Positions 1 to 8,244 of a stretch of DNA of 64,000 bases are shown in pieces (the stretch's first letter is position 1; the number at the start of each line of letters is the position of its first letter). Made by a program: the position numbers and the translations under genes. Under the pieces are notes generated by a model. The model saw nothing but the letters and a program-made list of their open reading frames with translations. It was not told where the DNA came from and did not search any database. Source of the DNA: Minisyncoccota bacterium (GTDB lineage Bacteria > Patescibacteriota > Minisyncoccia > UBA6257 > GWB1-50-10); NCBI GenBank assembly GCA_020059585.1, contig JAGVBU010000004.1:16835-80834 (forward strand), read 5' to 3'.

Positions 1-368
1 TGGAAATTGAATCTGTGGAAAGAAAAAAAATATTCCCATGTGTTGTTGCTGTTGAACGCGTGCATGAGATTATCGAAATTATGAAAAAGAATCTACGCGC
101 GTATGAATTCGAAGAACACGATATCATAAAGATCCATGAAGGGGACGGATCTTTGGGAATGCCTAAATTTGCTCCATACGATAAGATTATCGCCGCGGCT
201 TCTGCGGATAAAATTCCCGACGCGTGGAAGAAACAGGTGCGCGTGGGAGGAAAAATAGTGGCTCCCGTGCGCGATACGATTGTAGTCCTCGAAAAGAAAA
301 ATACGGAACTTTTCGAAGAAAGAGTTTTTTTTGGGTTTTCATTCGTCCCGCTTATCGAAGGACGATAA
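1..368 (+). CDS. pcm: Protein-L-isoaspartate O-methyltransferase, 5'-truncated by the window edge
   Basis: Frame is open from the window start. Motifs 'GDGSLG..FAPYDKII..A' and 'GGKIVAPV', and C-terminal 'FSFVPLI', are typical of PIMT. Confidence 0.85.
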   Translation, partial: EIESVERKKIFPCVVAVERVHEIIEIMKKNLRAYEFEEHDIIKIHEGDGSLGMPKFAPYDKIIAAASADKIPDAWKKQVRVGGKIVAPVRDTIVVLEKKNTELFEERVFFGFSFVPLIEGR

Positions 369-381
369 ATTTATTACAGTG

Positions 382-1515
382 ATGAAATTTCTCTCTCAAT
401 TAGAAAAAAAACACATTTCTGGAAGGACATTTCTTGTTCGTGTTGATCTGAACGCCGATTTTAAAAAGGGAACTTCCATGTTCCGTCTTGAAGCGGTGAT
501 TCCCACGTTATCTTTTCTTATAAAAAAAGGGGCTCGGAAGATAGTAATCGCGAGTCACCGCGGCCGCCCTGAGCGTCGCGCGAAAAGAGAGTCTCTTGAT
601 GTATTTGCTCCGATCATCGCGCATCGTACAAAAAAAGAGGTTGATTTTATATCGGCGTATAGAGTGGGAACACTTGCAGATGAGGCGCGGAAATCGGATG
701 CGCCGATTGTGCTTTTTGAGAATCTTCGTTTTTTTCGAGGAGAGGAAGTAAACGATCCGAGTTTTGCGAAAGCGCTTGCATCGTGCGCGGATATTTACGT
801 GAACGACGCTTTTGCCGTCAGTCATAGAAAAAACGCGTCAGTGTGCGCTATTACAGATTATCTTCCTTCATATTCCGGACTTCTTCTTGAAAAGGAACTC
901 GCGCATCTTTCCCGCGTACTAAAAGATCCAGAACATCCTTTTGTAGTGCTTATAGGGGGTGTAAAAATATCAGAAAAAACCGCAGTGATTGACCACTTAT
1001 GGAAACTCGCCGATTTATTTCTTCTTGGGGGAGCTGCGGCAAACACCTTTTTAGCCGCGCAGGGCGTTCCCATGGGAAGATCTGTATTCGACAAAAAGGT
1101 GATTGATAAAATGAAGAGCCGCGTATTTTCTCCACGCATAATTCTTCCCGTGGATGGGGTGCGGAGGCGCGGCGCGGTGATGGATATCGGACCCGAAACA
1201 GCCGCTCGCTATGCAAAAATTATTGCGTCAGCGAAAATGATACTATGGAGCGGTCCTTTTGGATTATTTCAAGAAAATGATTTTTCACACGGCACCGAAA
1301 TGATGTGGAGCGCGGTGCTTAAGAACAAGAATGCCCGTACTATTATTGGAGGAGGTGAAACAATCGCTTCATCGAGAGTGGTTTCCGGTTTTCAGTCGAT
1401 CATTTCTAGGCGAAAGAATATATTTCTTTCAACTGGCGGGGGGGCGATGCTTGAATATCTAAGCGGGAAAGCATTGCCGGGGGTCGTTGCGTTGGAAAAA
1501 AATAAAATACAATGA
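382..1515 (+). CDS. pgk: Phosphoglycerate kinase
   Basis: Motifs VRVDLN, SHRGRP, ENLRF, VNDAFAVSHR, DIGPET, STGGGAMLEYL. ATG at 382 chosen as start. Confidence 0.96.
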   Translation: MKFLSQLEKKHISGRTFLVRVDLNADFKKGTSMFRLEAVIPTLSFLIKKGARKIVIASHRGRPERRAKRESLDVFAPIIAHRTKKEVDFISAYRVGTLADEARKSDAPIVLFENLRFFRGEEVNDPSFAKALASCADIYVNDAFAVSHRKNASVCAITDYLPSYSGLLLEKELAHLSRVLKDPEHPFVVLIGGVKISEKTAVIDHLWKLADLFLLGGAAANTFLAAQGVPMGRSVFDKKVIDKMKSRVFSPRIILPVDGVRRRGAVMDIGPETAARYAKIIASAKMILWSGPFGLFQENDFSHGTEMMWSAVLKNKNARTIIGGGETIASSRVVSGFQSIISRRKNIFLSTGGGAMLEYLSGKALPGVVALEKNKIQ

Positions 1516-2345
1516 AAAAAGATATACTAGTGCTTTATCACAAAAATTGTTCGGACGGATTCGGCGCGGCATGGGCGGCGTGGAAGAAGTTCGGAAATAC
1601 AGCGGAATATATTCCGCTCGTTCCGGAGGTTCTTCCCTCATCTTTTCCTAAAAAAAAGAAGATATATTCAGTCGATCTTAGTTATCCTGTTTCAGTACAG
1701 AAGAAACTTCGTAGACACAATACATCGCTTACGGTCATTGATCATCATGTGAGCAGGAAAGAGGATACAGAAGCATTCCCCGAAAATATATTTGATAATG
1801 ATCATTCGGGAGCCGTGCTTGCTTGGCAGTATTTTCATCCGAAGAAACCTGTTCCAAAACTCCTAAAACACATTGAAGATATTGATCTCTGGAGATGGAA
1901 TCGTGCAAATACCAGAGAGATTATTTCCGCGCTTGCCCTCCGCGCCTTTGATTTTAGCGCATGGGATGCGTTCGCAAACGCCCTTGAAACCCCGAAGGGA
2001 AGAAAGAAAATTATATCAGAGGGAACGATTATTTCCTTATACGAAGGGAAAATAATTGAAAAAATGGTGGGAAGCGCGGTCCCTGTGGAATTTGAGGGAA
2101 TGCGTATGCTTGCGGCAAATTCACCTATTCTTAATTCGGAAGTTGCGAATGCGCTTTTGGAGAAATTTCCTCCTATGGCGATTGTGTGGCGAAGCTCGGG
2201 TGAGGAGGTATATGTATCACTCCGTTCTGATGGAACGGTAGACGTTTCAAAAATTGCCGCGAAATATGGGGGAGGGGGGCACGCGCGCGCATCTGGATTT
2301 GTTTTGAAATCGAAAGGGAACTTCCCTTGGAAGACGCTTGAATAG
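1512..2345 (+). CDS. DHH/DHHA1 family phosphoesterase (nanoRNase-like)
   Basis: YH..C.DG, IDHH, SGA, D.DLW, SLRS and GGGGH..ASGF motifs. Confidence 0.9.
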   Translation: MKKDILVLYHKNCSDGFGAAWAAWKKFGNTAEYIPLVPEVLPSSFPKKKKIYSVDLSYPVSVQKKLRRHNTSLTVIDHHVSRKEDTEAFPENIFDNDHSGAVLAWQYFHPKKPVPKLLKHIEDIDLWRWNRANTREIISALALRAFDFSAWDAFANALETPKGRKKIISEGTIISLYEGKIIEKMVGSAVPVEFEGMRMLAANSPILNSEVANALLEKFPPMAIVWRSSGEEVYVSLRSDGTVDVSKIAAKYGGGGHARASGFVLKSKGNFPWKTLE

Positions 2346-2374
2346 TTTTTTGTTTTCTTGATAGTACGCATTTT

Positions 2375-2800
2375 ATGGAAAAAAAAGAAAAAATATTTAT
2401 ATACACTGACGGAGGCGCGCGAGGAAATCCGGGACCCGCGGGAATTGGCGTCGTGATGGAATTTCCCAAGGGTTTTAAAAAAATATATAACGCGCACATC
2501 GGTACTGCTACGAACAATGTTGCGGAATATTCCGCGGTGATTTTCGCGCTTTCGAAGGCACGCGCGCTTATTAAAACGCCCAAGGACTCGGTTGTTGAAA
2601 TACGGTCTGATAGTGAGCTTCTCGTAAAACAGATGAAGGGAGAATATAGGGTAAAAAATGAGGGATTGCGCCCTCTTTATGAAAAAGCCAAGAGTCTTAC
2701 GGAGGAATACGGAAAGGTATATTTTGTGCATATTCCGCGTGGAAAGAATAAGGAATCCGACGATCTCGTAAATCGTGCCCTTGATGGTGATCTTGTGTAA
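2375..2800 (+). CDS. rnhA: Ribonuclease HI (archaeal/Actinobacteria-like type)
   Basis: YTDGGARGNPGPAG, TNNVAEY, SDSELLVKQ, HIPR..N..D motifs. Confidence 0.94.
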   Translation: MEKKEKIFIYTDGGARGNPGPAGIGVVMEFPKGFKKIYNAHIGTATNNVAEYSAVIFALSKARALIKTPKDSVVEIRSDSELLVKQMKGEYRVKNEGLRPLYEKAKSLTEEYGKVYFVHIPRGKNKESDDLVNRALDGDLV

Positions 2801-2821
2801 AGATTTGTTTTATTGTATAAT
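2793..2821 (+). promoter_or_regulatory. Sigma70-type promoter of rnpB
   Basis: TTGTGT (2793-2798), 17-nt spacer, TATAAT (2816-2821), ending 5 nt before the P1 5' strand. Confidence 0.65.
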
Positions 2822-2891
2822 TATAAGAGTTGGTCACACGATAGCCCCGCCGATCCACGGACCGGCGGGGAGGAAAGTCCGGACACTCAGT

Positions 2892-3060
2892 CTCGTGCGG
2901 AGCACAAGGAAATTCCAAACATCAAACACCAAATCTCAAATAAATCACAACGACCAAAATTCAAAATCCGAAATATTTTTGGAATTTGAAAAAATTGGAA
3001 TTTTGATATTGTTTGGATTTTGGGATTTGTGTTTTTAGATTTTCTCGCGTTCCGCGCGAG
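2892..3060 (+). repeat. Hairpin repeat element, copy 1, inside rnpB between P5 and P7
   Basis: GC-rich complementary ends CTCGTGCGGAGCACAAG / CTCGCGTTCCGCGCGAG enclose an A/C-rich 7-nt-periodic arm and a G/T-rich arm. Confidence 0.92.
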
Positions 3061-3231
3061 GCAAGGATAGCGGGTAATGCCCGTCGAGAGTGATCTCAGA
3101 GGTGCGAACAGTGACGCCTACGGCGAAAGCCAAGGGGGACCCCATCCCAGCGCAGTTGGTCCAATTCCGTTATAGGGATAAAAAACGGAGGTGAAACGGC
3201 TAAATCCTTATCTGAGTGCAAGACCGTGTCA

Positions 3232-3393
3232 CTTGTTCGGAGCACAAGGAAATTCCAAACATCAAACACCAAATCTCAAATAAATCACAATGACCAAAAT
3301 TCAAAATATTTTTGGAATTTGAAAAAATTGGAATTTTGATATTGTTTGGAACTTATGGTTTGTGTTTTTGGATTTTCTCGCGCTCCGCGCGAG
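3232..3393 (+). repeat. Hairpin repeat element, copy 2, inside rnpB (P15/P16 region)
   Basis: Near-identical direct copy of 2892-3060, one heptad (7 nt) shorter. Confidence 0.92.
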
Positions 3394-3475
3394 TGGAGAG
3401 TCGCTTGAGTCCGAGAGTAATCGAGGACCTAGATAAATTATCGTATAAACAGAATCCGGCTTATGACTAACTCTC

Positions 3476-3503
3476 TCCCGCCCGCGTATATACGCGGGCG
3501 GGA
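3476..3503 (+). terminator. Perfect 28-bp palindrome after rnpB, probable terminator
   Basis: TCCCGCCCGCGTAT|ATACGCGGGCGGGA followed by TTGTTT. Confidence 0.7.
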
Positions 3504-3641
3504 TTGTTTCCGTGGATACCATATACCGTCCCAGAGTCTTGTGGGGAAATTTTTGCGGTATGTGGCGCATATATTCCGCTTATTCTCTCACGGGGTTGAC
3601 ATTAGGACGTTTTTTTATAAGAATGTATATGAATTTAATAG

Positions 3642-3869
3642 ATGGAAAATAATTCAAAGCTTGTCCGTATCGAGGGTATTGTCGAAGAGGCGTTACCTGG
3701 GTTGATTTTTAGGGTCAAAATAATTTCCAACGGAGAAACGCGGGAGGTGTTAGGTCATCCTGCGGGGAAGATGAAATTGCATCGTATAAGAATAATCCCA
3801 GGAGACAGGGTGTCTCTCGAAATGCCGAACGTCAATGATCGACGGGCGAGAATCGTAAGGCGATTATAA
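3642..3869 (+). CDS. infA: Translation initiation factor IF-1
   Basis: [27 protein letters not shown] motifs; lies before rpmJ. Confidence 0.95.
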   Translation: MENNSKLVRIEGIVEEALPGLIFRVKIISNGETREVLGHPAGKMKLHRIRIIPGDRVSLEMPNVNDRRARIVRRL

Positions 3870-3873
3870 AAAT

Positions 3874-3990
3874 ATGAAAGTTCGTGCATCGGTGAAAAAA
3901 ATATGCCAGCATTGTAAAACCGTTCGCAGAGACGGCAAACTTTATGTCATTTGTAAAAAAAATCCGAAACACAAACAAAGACAAGGGTAA
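3874..3990 (+). CDS. rpmJ: 50S ribosomal protein L36 (not in ORF track)
   Basis: Translates as [38 protein letters not shown]. Confidence 0.97.
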   Translation: MKVRASVKKICQHCKTVRRDGKLYVICKKNPKHKQRQG

Positions 3991-4044
3991 ACAATAAACG
4001 AAAGAAATACCAAATTGGTTCTTAGGATCTAATATTTAATTACT

Positions 4045-4428
4045 ATGCGTATAAGCGGCGTAAACATACCAGATGATAAAAAAATAAGCATTTCGTTGCC
4101 GTACATATATGGTGTGGGACCTTTTTTGGCGAAAAAAATACTTCACGATACGAAAATAGATCCCGAGAAAAAAGCAAAGGAACTTACTCCAGACGAGGTG
4201 AATAAGATCCAATCTCTTCTTGATAAAAATCATAAAATTGAGGGGGAATTGCGTCAGATAGTAAAACAAAACATTGGCCGTCTTCGTGATATAAAAAGTT
4301 ATCGCGGAGTGAGGCATCTCAGGCGTCTTCCTTCTCGAGGGCAGCGCACGAAAACAAATTCACGCACCATTCGGGGTAATGTGAGAAAAACAGCGGGAAG
4401 CGGAAAGAGAAAAGTTGAACTCAAATAA
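4045..4428 (+). CDS. rpsM: 30S ribosomal protein S13
   Basis: RISGVNIP, IYGVG, YRGVRH...LPSRGQRTKTNSRT. Confidence 0.97.
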   Translation: MRISGVNIPDDKKISISLPYIYGVGPFLAKKILHDTKIDPEKKAKELTPDEVNKIQSLLDKNHKIEGELRQIVKQNIGRLRDIKSYRGVRHLRRLPSRGQRTKTNSRTIRGNVRKTAGSGKRKVELK

Positions 4429-4437
4429 TACATAATT

Positions 4438-4890
4438 ATGGGAAAGAAAAAAGTAGCGCAAAAAACAAAAGAGGAGCTTATTGCCGAATCCGAGAAGGTT
4501 GAAGCAACCGCGGAAAAGAAGGCGAGCCAAGGGGGTCGTCGCAAGATTGAGAAGGGGAGAATCTATGTGAATGCCTCGTATAATAATACGATTATCACGG
4601 TGACCGACGACCATGGAAATGTGGTGACATGGATGTCGGCGGGATCCATAGGATTTTCAGGACCCAAGAAGTCAACTCCTTTCGCGTCTTCAAAGGTTGC
4701 CGAGGCGATTGCGGCAAAACTTGAAAAAACAGGACCATTTAACGTCGATGTATATGTATCAGGAGTCGGAAAGGGACGCGATTCCGCAGTACGCACGTTT
4801 GGCGCCAAGAAATTCAATATATTGTCGGTAAAAGATGTGACGCCAATTCCCCATAATGGACCGCGTCCGCCGAAAGTGCGAAGAGTATAA
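4438..4890 (+). CDS. rpsK: 30S ribosomal protein S11
   Basis: ASYNNTIIT, KKSTPFA, DVTPIPHNG.RP.K.RRV. Confidence 0.97.
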   Translation: MGKKKVAQKTKEELIAESEKVEATAEKKASQGGRRKIEKGRIYVNASYNNTIITVTDDHGNVVTWMSAGSIGFSGPKKSTPFASSKVAEAIAAKLEKTGPFNVDVYVSGVGKGRDSAVRTFGAKKFNILSVKDVTPIPHNGPRPPKVRRV

Positions 4891-4892
4891 AT

Positions 4893-5498
4893 ATGAAGAG
4901 TATTAAAGAAAAAAAAGAACGATCATTAGGAACAAAGCTTTTTTTGAAGGCGGAGCGTTGTAATTCCGCGAAGTGCGTCATGGTGCGCCGCCCATATCGT
5001 CCCGGACCTCATGGACAGAAACGTAAGCGCGCGGGGTCAGACTTTTCAAAACAACTCCAAGAAAAGCAGAGAATCCGTTTCATGTATGGGCTTACGAACC
5101 GGCAAATGATGAATCTTTTTAAGATTAAAGAAAAAGAGAAAATAATGAACATGCTCGAACATCGGCTTGATAGAGTAGTGTTTTTGATGGGCATCGCGGG
5201 CTCTCCCCGTATTGCGCGTCAATTTGTTTCACATGGTCACATTACGGTAAACGGAAGAAAAGTCACCATCCCCTCATTTCATGTGAAAGTGGGAGATGTG
5301 ATCTCGGTGCGTTCCGAATCAAGAAAGTCGAAACTTTTCGAGGAGCTCAGTCAGCATCTAAAAAAACACACGCCTCCGTCGTGGCTTAAAATAACAAGTG
5401 TTGAAGATGCAAAAGGTCAGTGCGTGAAGGAATTCTCTTCACGGGATGCGCAATTCCCGTTTGATGTAAATCTTGTTGGAGAATTCTTCGCAAGGTAA
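4893..5498 (+). CDS. rpsD: 30S ribosomal protein S4
   Basis: QLQEKQ, LEHRLD.VVF, ARQFVSHGHITVNG.KV.IPS. Confidence 0.97.
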   Translation: MKSIKEKKERSLGTKLFLKAERCNSAKCVMVRRPYRPGPHGQKRKRAGSDFSKQLQEKQRIRFMYGLTNRQMMNLFKIKEKEKIMNMLEHRLDRVVFLMGIAGSPRIARQFVSHGHITVNGRKVTIPSFHVKVGDVISVRSESRKSKLFEELSQHLKKHTPPSWLKITSVEDAKGQCVKEFSSRDAQFPFDVNLVGEFFAR

Positions 5499-5508
5499 TT
5501 AAAAAAAT

Positions 5509-6261
5509 ATGCAGTACACGTATTTAAGTGATTCGGTAAAAATAGAGAAAATTTCGGAAAAAGACAACGTTGGATTGTTTGAGATAGAAGGACTTTATAC
5601 CGGTTACGGTACAACGTTGGGACACGCGCTCCGGAGAACTCTTCTTTCGTCTCTTCCTGGCGCGGCAATTACTCAGATAAAGATAAAGAGCGTAAATCAT
5701 GAGTTTTCTACGCTTCCGGGAATGCTTGAGGATATCGTTGAATTCAGTCTGAATTTAAAAAAAGTGCGTTTCCATTTTTTTGCAGATCAGCCTCAGACCC
5801 TCCTTTTAAAGGCAAAAGCCGAGAAAGAGGTCACTGCAGCGGATATCCAATCAACTCCCTTAGTGCAGGTGATAAATTCAGATCTTTATCTCGCGACGCT
5901 TACAAAAAAGAGCGCGGATCTTGAGGTGGAGCTTATTGTGGAAAAGGGACTGGGATATGTTCCTTCTGAAGCGCGTACGGTGGAACGTCTTTCTGTCGGT
6001 ACTATAGTGCTTGATGCGGTATTTTCTCCCGTGGTTCGTGTTTCTGCGGATGTAGAGAATATGCGCGTTGGAGACAGAACCGACTATAACCGTCTGAAAA
6101 TGGAAGTAGAAACAGATGGTTCGATCACACCCTCTGAAGCGATGCATAAAGCAGCGAGTATTTTAAAGGATCATTTCGAAAAAATTCTCGGGGTAGAAGT
6201 AACCGCGACGAGTCCGGAGGTCGCAAAAGGGGAAAAAAAGAAAAAAACAACGAAAAAATAA
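5509..6261 (+). CDS. rpoA: RNA polymerase alpha subunit (N-terminal domain only, 250 aa)
   Basis: GYGTTLG.ALRR.LLSSLPG, HEFSTLPG, DAVFSPV, ETDGSITP; ends in a Lys-rich tail. Confidence 0.96.
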   Translation: MQYTYLSDSVKIEKISEKDNVGLFEIEGLYTGYGTTLGHALRRTLLSSLPGAAITQIKIKSVNHEFSTLPGMLEDIVEFSLNLKKVRFHFFADQPQTLLLKAKAEKEVTAADIQSTPLVQVINSDLYLATLTKKSADLEVELIVEKGLGYVPSEARTVERLSVGTIVLDAVFSPVVRVSADVENMRVGDRTDYNRLKMEVETDGSITPSEAMHKAASILKDHFEKILGVEVTATSPEVAKGEKKKKTTKK

Positions 6262-6269
6262 GGGCTTGA

Positions 6270-6298
6270 TTGAAACATCCATATAAAATGCGTAGAAT
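6270..6298 (+). promoter_or_regulatory. Sigma70-type promoter between rpoA and rplQ
   Basis: TTGAAA (6270-6275), 17-nt spacer, TAGAAT (6293-6298). Confidence 0.65.
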
Positions 6299-6303
6299 GT
6301 TTC

Positions 6304-6448
6304 AGCATCAAACCCTATCCCGCCTATATCGGCGGAACAATAAAGAAACTATAGAGAAAATGAACATGAGAATTTCAAAAAAAGAAATAACGTCGGAACA
6401 AGAAAATATAGGCGGGGTGCTCGGTGTTATGAGTGCTCACCCCGTTTG
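6304..6448 (+). ncRNA. Candidate structured leader or small RNA upstream of rplQ
   Basis: 14-bp helix 6316-6329/6406-6419, with alternative helices 6320-6335 and 6409-6419/6438-6448. Has its own promoter. Confidence 0.4.
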
Positions 6449-6462
6449 CAAATAATACTGGC

Positions 6463-6813
6463 ATGCGTCACCTGAAGAAAGGAAGAAAACTTGGTTTAAA
6501 GCGCGGTCCTCGCAGAGCGTTTTTGAGGATTCTTGCGAGCAATTTTGTAATGAAAGAGAGGATTCGGACGACTGAAGCTCGCGCGAAAGAAATAAAACCC
6601 CTCGTGGAGCGGCTCATCACGCATGGAAAGAAACAAAACGTTGCGGCGTTGAGGATTCTCATGACAAGACTTTCGAAACCTGCCGCGTATAAGGTATATT
6701 ATGAACTCTCCCCTCGATATAAGGAAAGGAAGGGCGGATATACGCGCGTGGTAAAACACATGCAGATGAGAAAAAACGATGCGTCGAAAATGGCAACGAT
6801 AGAATTTATATAA
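6463..6813 (+). CDS. rplQ: 50S ribosomal protein L17
   Basis: MRHLKKGRKLG, I.TT.ARAKE, R.GGYTRV.K. Confidence 0.97.
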   Translation: MRHLKKGRKLGLKRGPRRAFLRILASNFVMKERIRTTEARAKEIKPLVERLITHGKKQNVAALRILMTRLSKPAAYKVYYELSPRYKERKGGYTRVVKHMQMRKNDASKMATIEFI

Positions 6814-6814
6814 T

Positions 6815-7156
6815 ATGGAACACATAATTGATGCGACACACAGGAAACTCGGGCGCCTTGCTTCTGAAATTGCAGTTATCCTTCAGGGAAAAACACACGC
6901 CTCATACGATCCGAAGATTTCCGGAACTGATACCGTGCGAGTGAGAAATATTTCAAAGATGGTAGTAACGGGAAAAAAATATGAGCAGAAGAAATACTAT
7001 AAGCACTCCGGACCCCTTGGGCATCTTAAGGAGAAAAAATTAAGCGACACACTCGATGAGAATCCAGAGTGGGTATTGCGTCATGCGGTAAATCTCATGC
7101 TTCCGAAAAACAAACTGCGCGCAAAGAGGATGAGGAGGCTCATTATGGAAAAATAA
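6815..7156 (+). CDS. rplM: 50S ribosomal protein L13 (short form)
   Basis: IDA....LGRLAS.IA..L.GK, KYYKHSG..G, MLPKNKLR. Confidence 0.96.
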   Translation: MEHIIDATHRKLGRLASEIAVILQGKTHASYDPKISGTDTVRVRNISKMVVTGKKYEQKKYYKHSGPLGHLKEKKLSDTLDENPEWVLRHAVNLMLPKNKLRAKRMRRLIMEK

Positions 7157-7161
7157 TTATT

Positions 7162-7647
7162 ATGGAAAAAAAAGAACGTATCACTACTAAGGAAAAAACA
7201 AAGGCTCCCGCGAAAGCGAAAGTTTCCGCGAAGGCTCCCGCGAAAGCGAAGGAAAAATATATCGAAGCGATAGGACGGAGGAAAACCGCAATTGCGCGCG
7301 TGCGCGTGTATGCTTCGGAAACGAAAAAAGGTTCATATAACATCGAAATCAACGGAATTTCTTTTGAAAAGTATTTTCCGAGCGCGAAACATCGAATCAT
7401 GGTATGTTCTCCCTTTGCTTCGATTGAATCTTCGTACGCAACGACCGTTCTCGCAAAAGGAGGAGGCGTTGGGGCTCAGGCAGAGGCGGTCCGGCTTGGT
7501 ATCGCCCGCGCGCTTATTGAAACGCTTCCTGAATTTAGAGCGAAATTTAAATCGCTTGGATATCTTCGGAGAGACCCTCGCATGGTGGAACGGAAAAAAT
7601 TCGGAAGCAGGAAAGCACGGAGACCACAGCAGTGGAGAAAACGTTAG
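7162..7647 (+). CDS. rpsI: 30S ribosomal protein S9 with Lys/Ala-rich N-terminal extension
   Basis: GRRKTAIARV, GGG...QAEAVRLGIARAL, RDPRMVERKKFG.RKARR..QW.KR. Confidence 0.97.
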   Translation: MEKKERITTKEKTKAPAKAKVSAKAPAKAKEKYIEAIGRRKTAIARVRVYASETKKGSYNIEINGISFEKYFPSAKHRIMVCSPFASIESSYATTVLAKGGGVGAQAEAVRLGIARALIETLPEFRAKFKSLGYLRRDPRMVERKKFGSRKARRPQQWRKR

Positions 7648-7648
7648 A

Positions 7649-7689
7649 AAAAAACCCGCCAACATCTGCAAGATTGTGGCGGGTTTTTT
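7649..7689 (+). terminator. Intrinsic terminator after rpsI
   Basis: AAAAAACCCGCCA...TGGCGGGTTTTTT. Confidence 0.8.
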
Positions 7690-7748
7690 GACAAAACACC
7701 TATTTACATATATCTTTCTCTTAGTTCATAAGAAGGAGAACGAAATTA

Positions 7749-8204
7749 ATGAAAAGAAACGATCTTTCACCCATTGCGTACTATACGGAAGAGGATTTTT
7801 CTGATATCGAAAATTCAAATAATTTTTCAGAACTCTGTTCTGTTGCATTGAGAATACTTAGTCGCATGCCACAACCGATAGCGCAAGTGTGTGGCCCTAT
7901 TGGAACAGGAGGCAGAGGAAACATAGAAGAAAATTTGAAAGAATTTGAAAGAGTTATTGATGATCTTTCGGCTCGGGGAGAAATTGTCTTCACCCAGATT
8001 CCTTTTGAAGATCCTATGCAACGCATGAAAATGTTGCCGGAATATGAGGGTGGAATGCAGATATTAGAAGAATTCTATCTTCCTCTATTCGAGTCTGGAT
8101 TTATAAAAAAACTATATTTTATCCCTTTGTGGAATACATCAATGGGAGCGTCGTGGGAACATGAACAGGCAAAAAGATTAGGAATAGAAATACGATATAT
8201 ATAA
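7749..8204 (+). CDS. Hypothetical protein, DUF4406/nucleoside deoxyribosyltransferase-like fold
   Basis: CGP..TGG..N..F and 'PLWNTSMGASWEH..AK.LG' patterns; AAGGAG upstream; AT-rich. Confidence 0.65.
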   Translation: MKRNDLSPIAYYTEEDFSDIENSNNFSELCSVALRILSRMPQPIAQVCGPIGTGGRGNIEENLKEFERVIDDLSARGEIVFTQIPFEDPMQRMKMLPEYEGGMQILEEFYLPLFESGFIKKLYFIPLWNTSMGASWEHEQAKRLGIEIRYI

Positions 8205-8244
8205 CCCCTTTTAGGGGTTTTTGTTTTCTGATATTATTCTTTTT

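Larger units (their letters stand above)
2827..3473 (+). ncRNA. rnpB: RNase P RNA carrying two large hairpin insertions
   Basis: P1 GAGTTGGTCA/TGACTAACTC; universal GAGGAAAGTCC and ACAGAATCCGGCTTA (P4); P5 CACTCAG/CTGAGTG; P7 AAGGAT/ATCCTT; GGTGAAACGGCTAAATCC; AGATAAAT. Length 647 nt, about 316 nt without the inserts. Confidence 0.95.

Noticed and set aside
1835-2731. 298-aa antisense ORF
   Set aside because: Shadow of the DHH and rnhA genes; no motifs.
2892-3393. rnpB inserts as self-splicing introns or a CRISPR array
   Set aside because: Each is a single long hairpin without group I/II core motifs. There are only two copies, separated by RNase P sequence, and no cas genes.
2775-3570. ORFs 2775..3038 (+) and 3301..3570 (-)
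   Set aside because: They overlap rnpB and translate the low-complexity hairpin inserts; no protein-like features.
6270-6455. 61-aa ORF as the missing alphaCTD
   Set aside because: No resemblance to the alphaCTD; its TTG start coincides with a -35 box.
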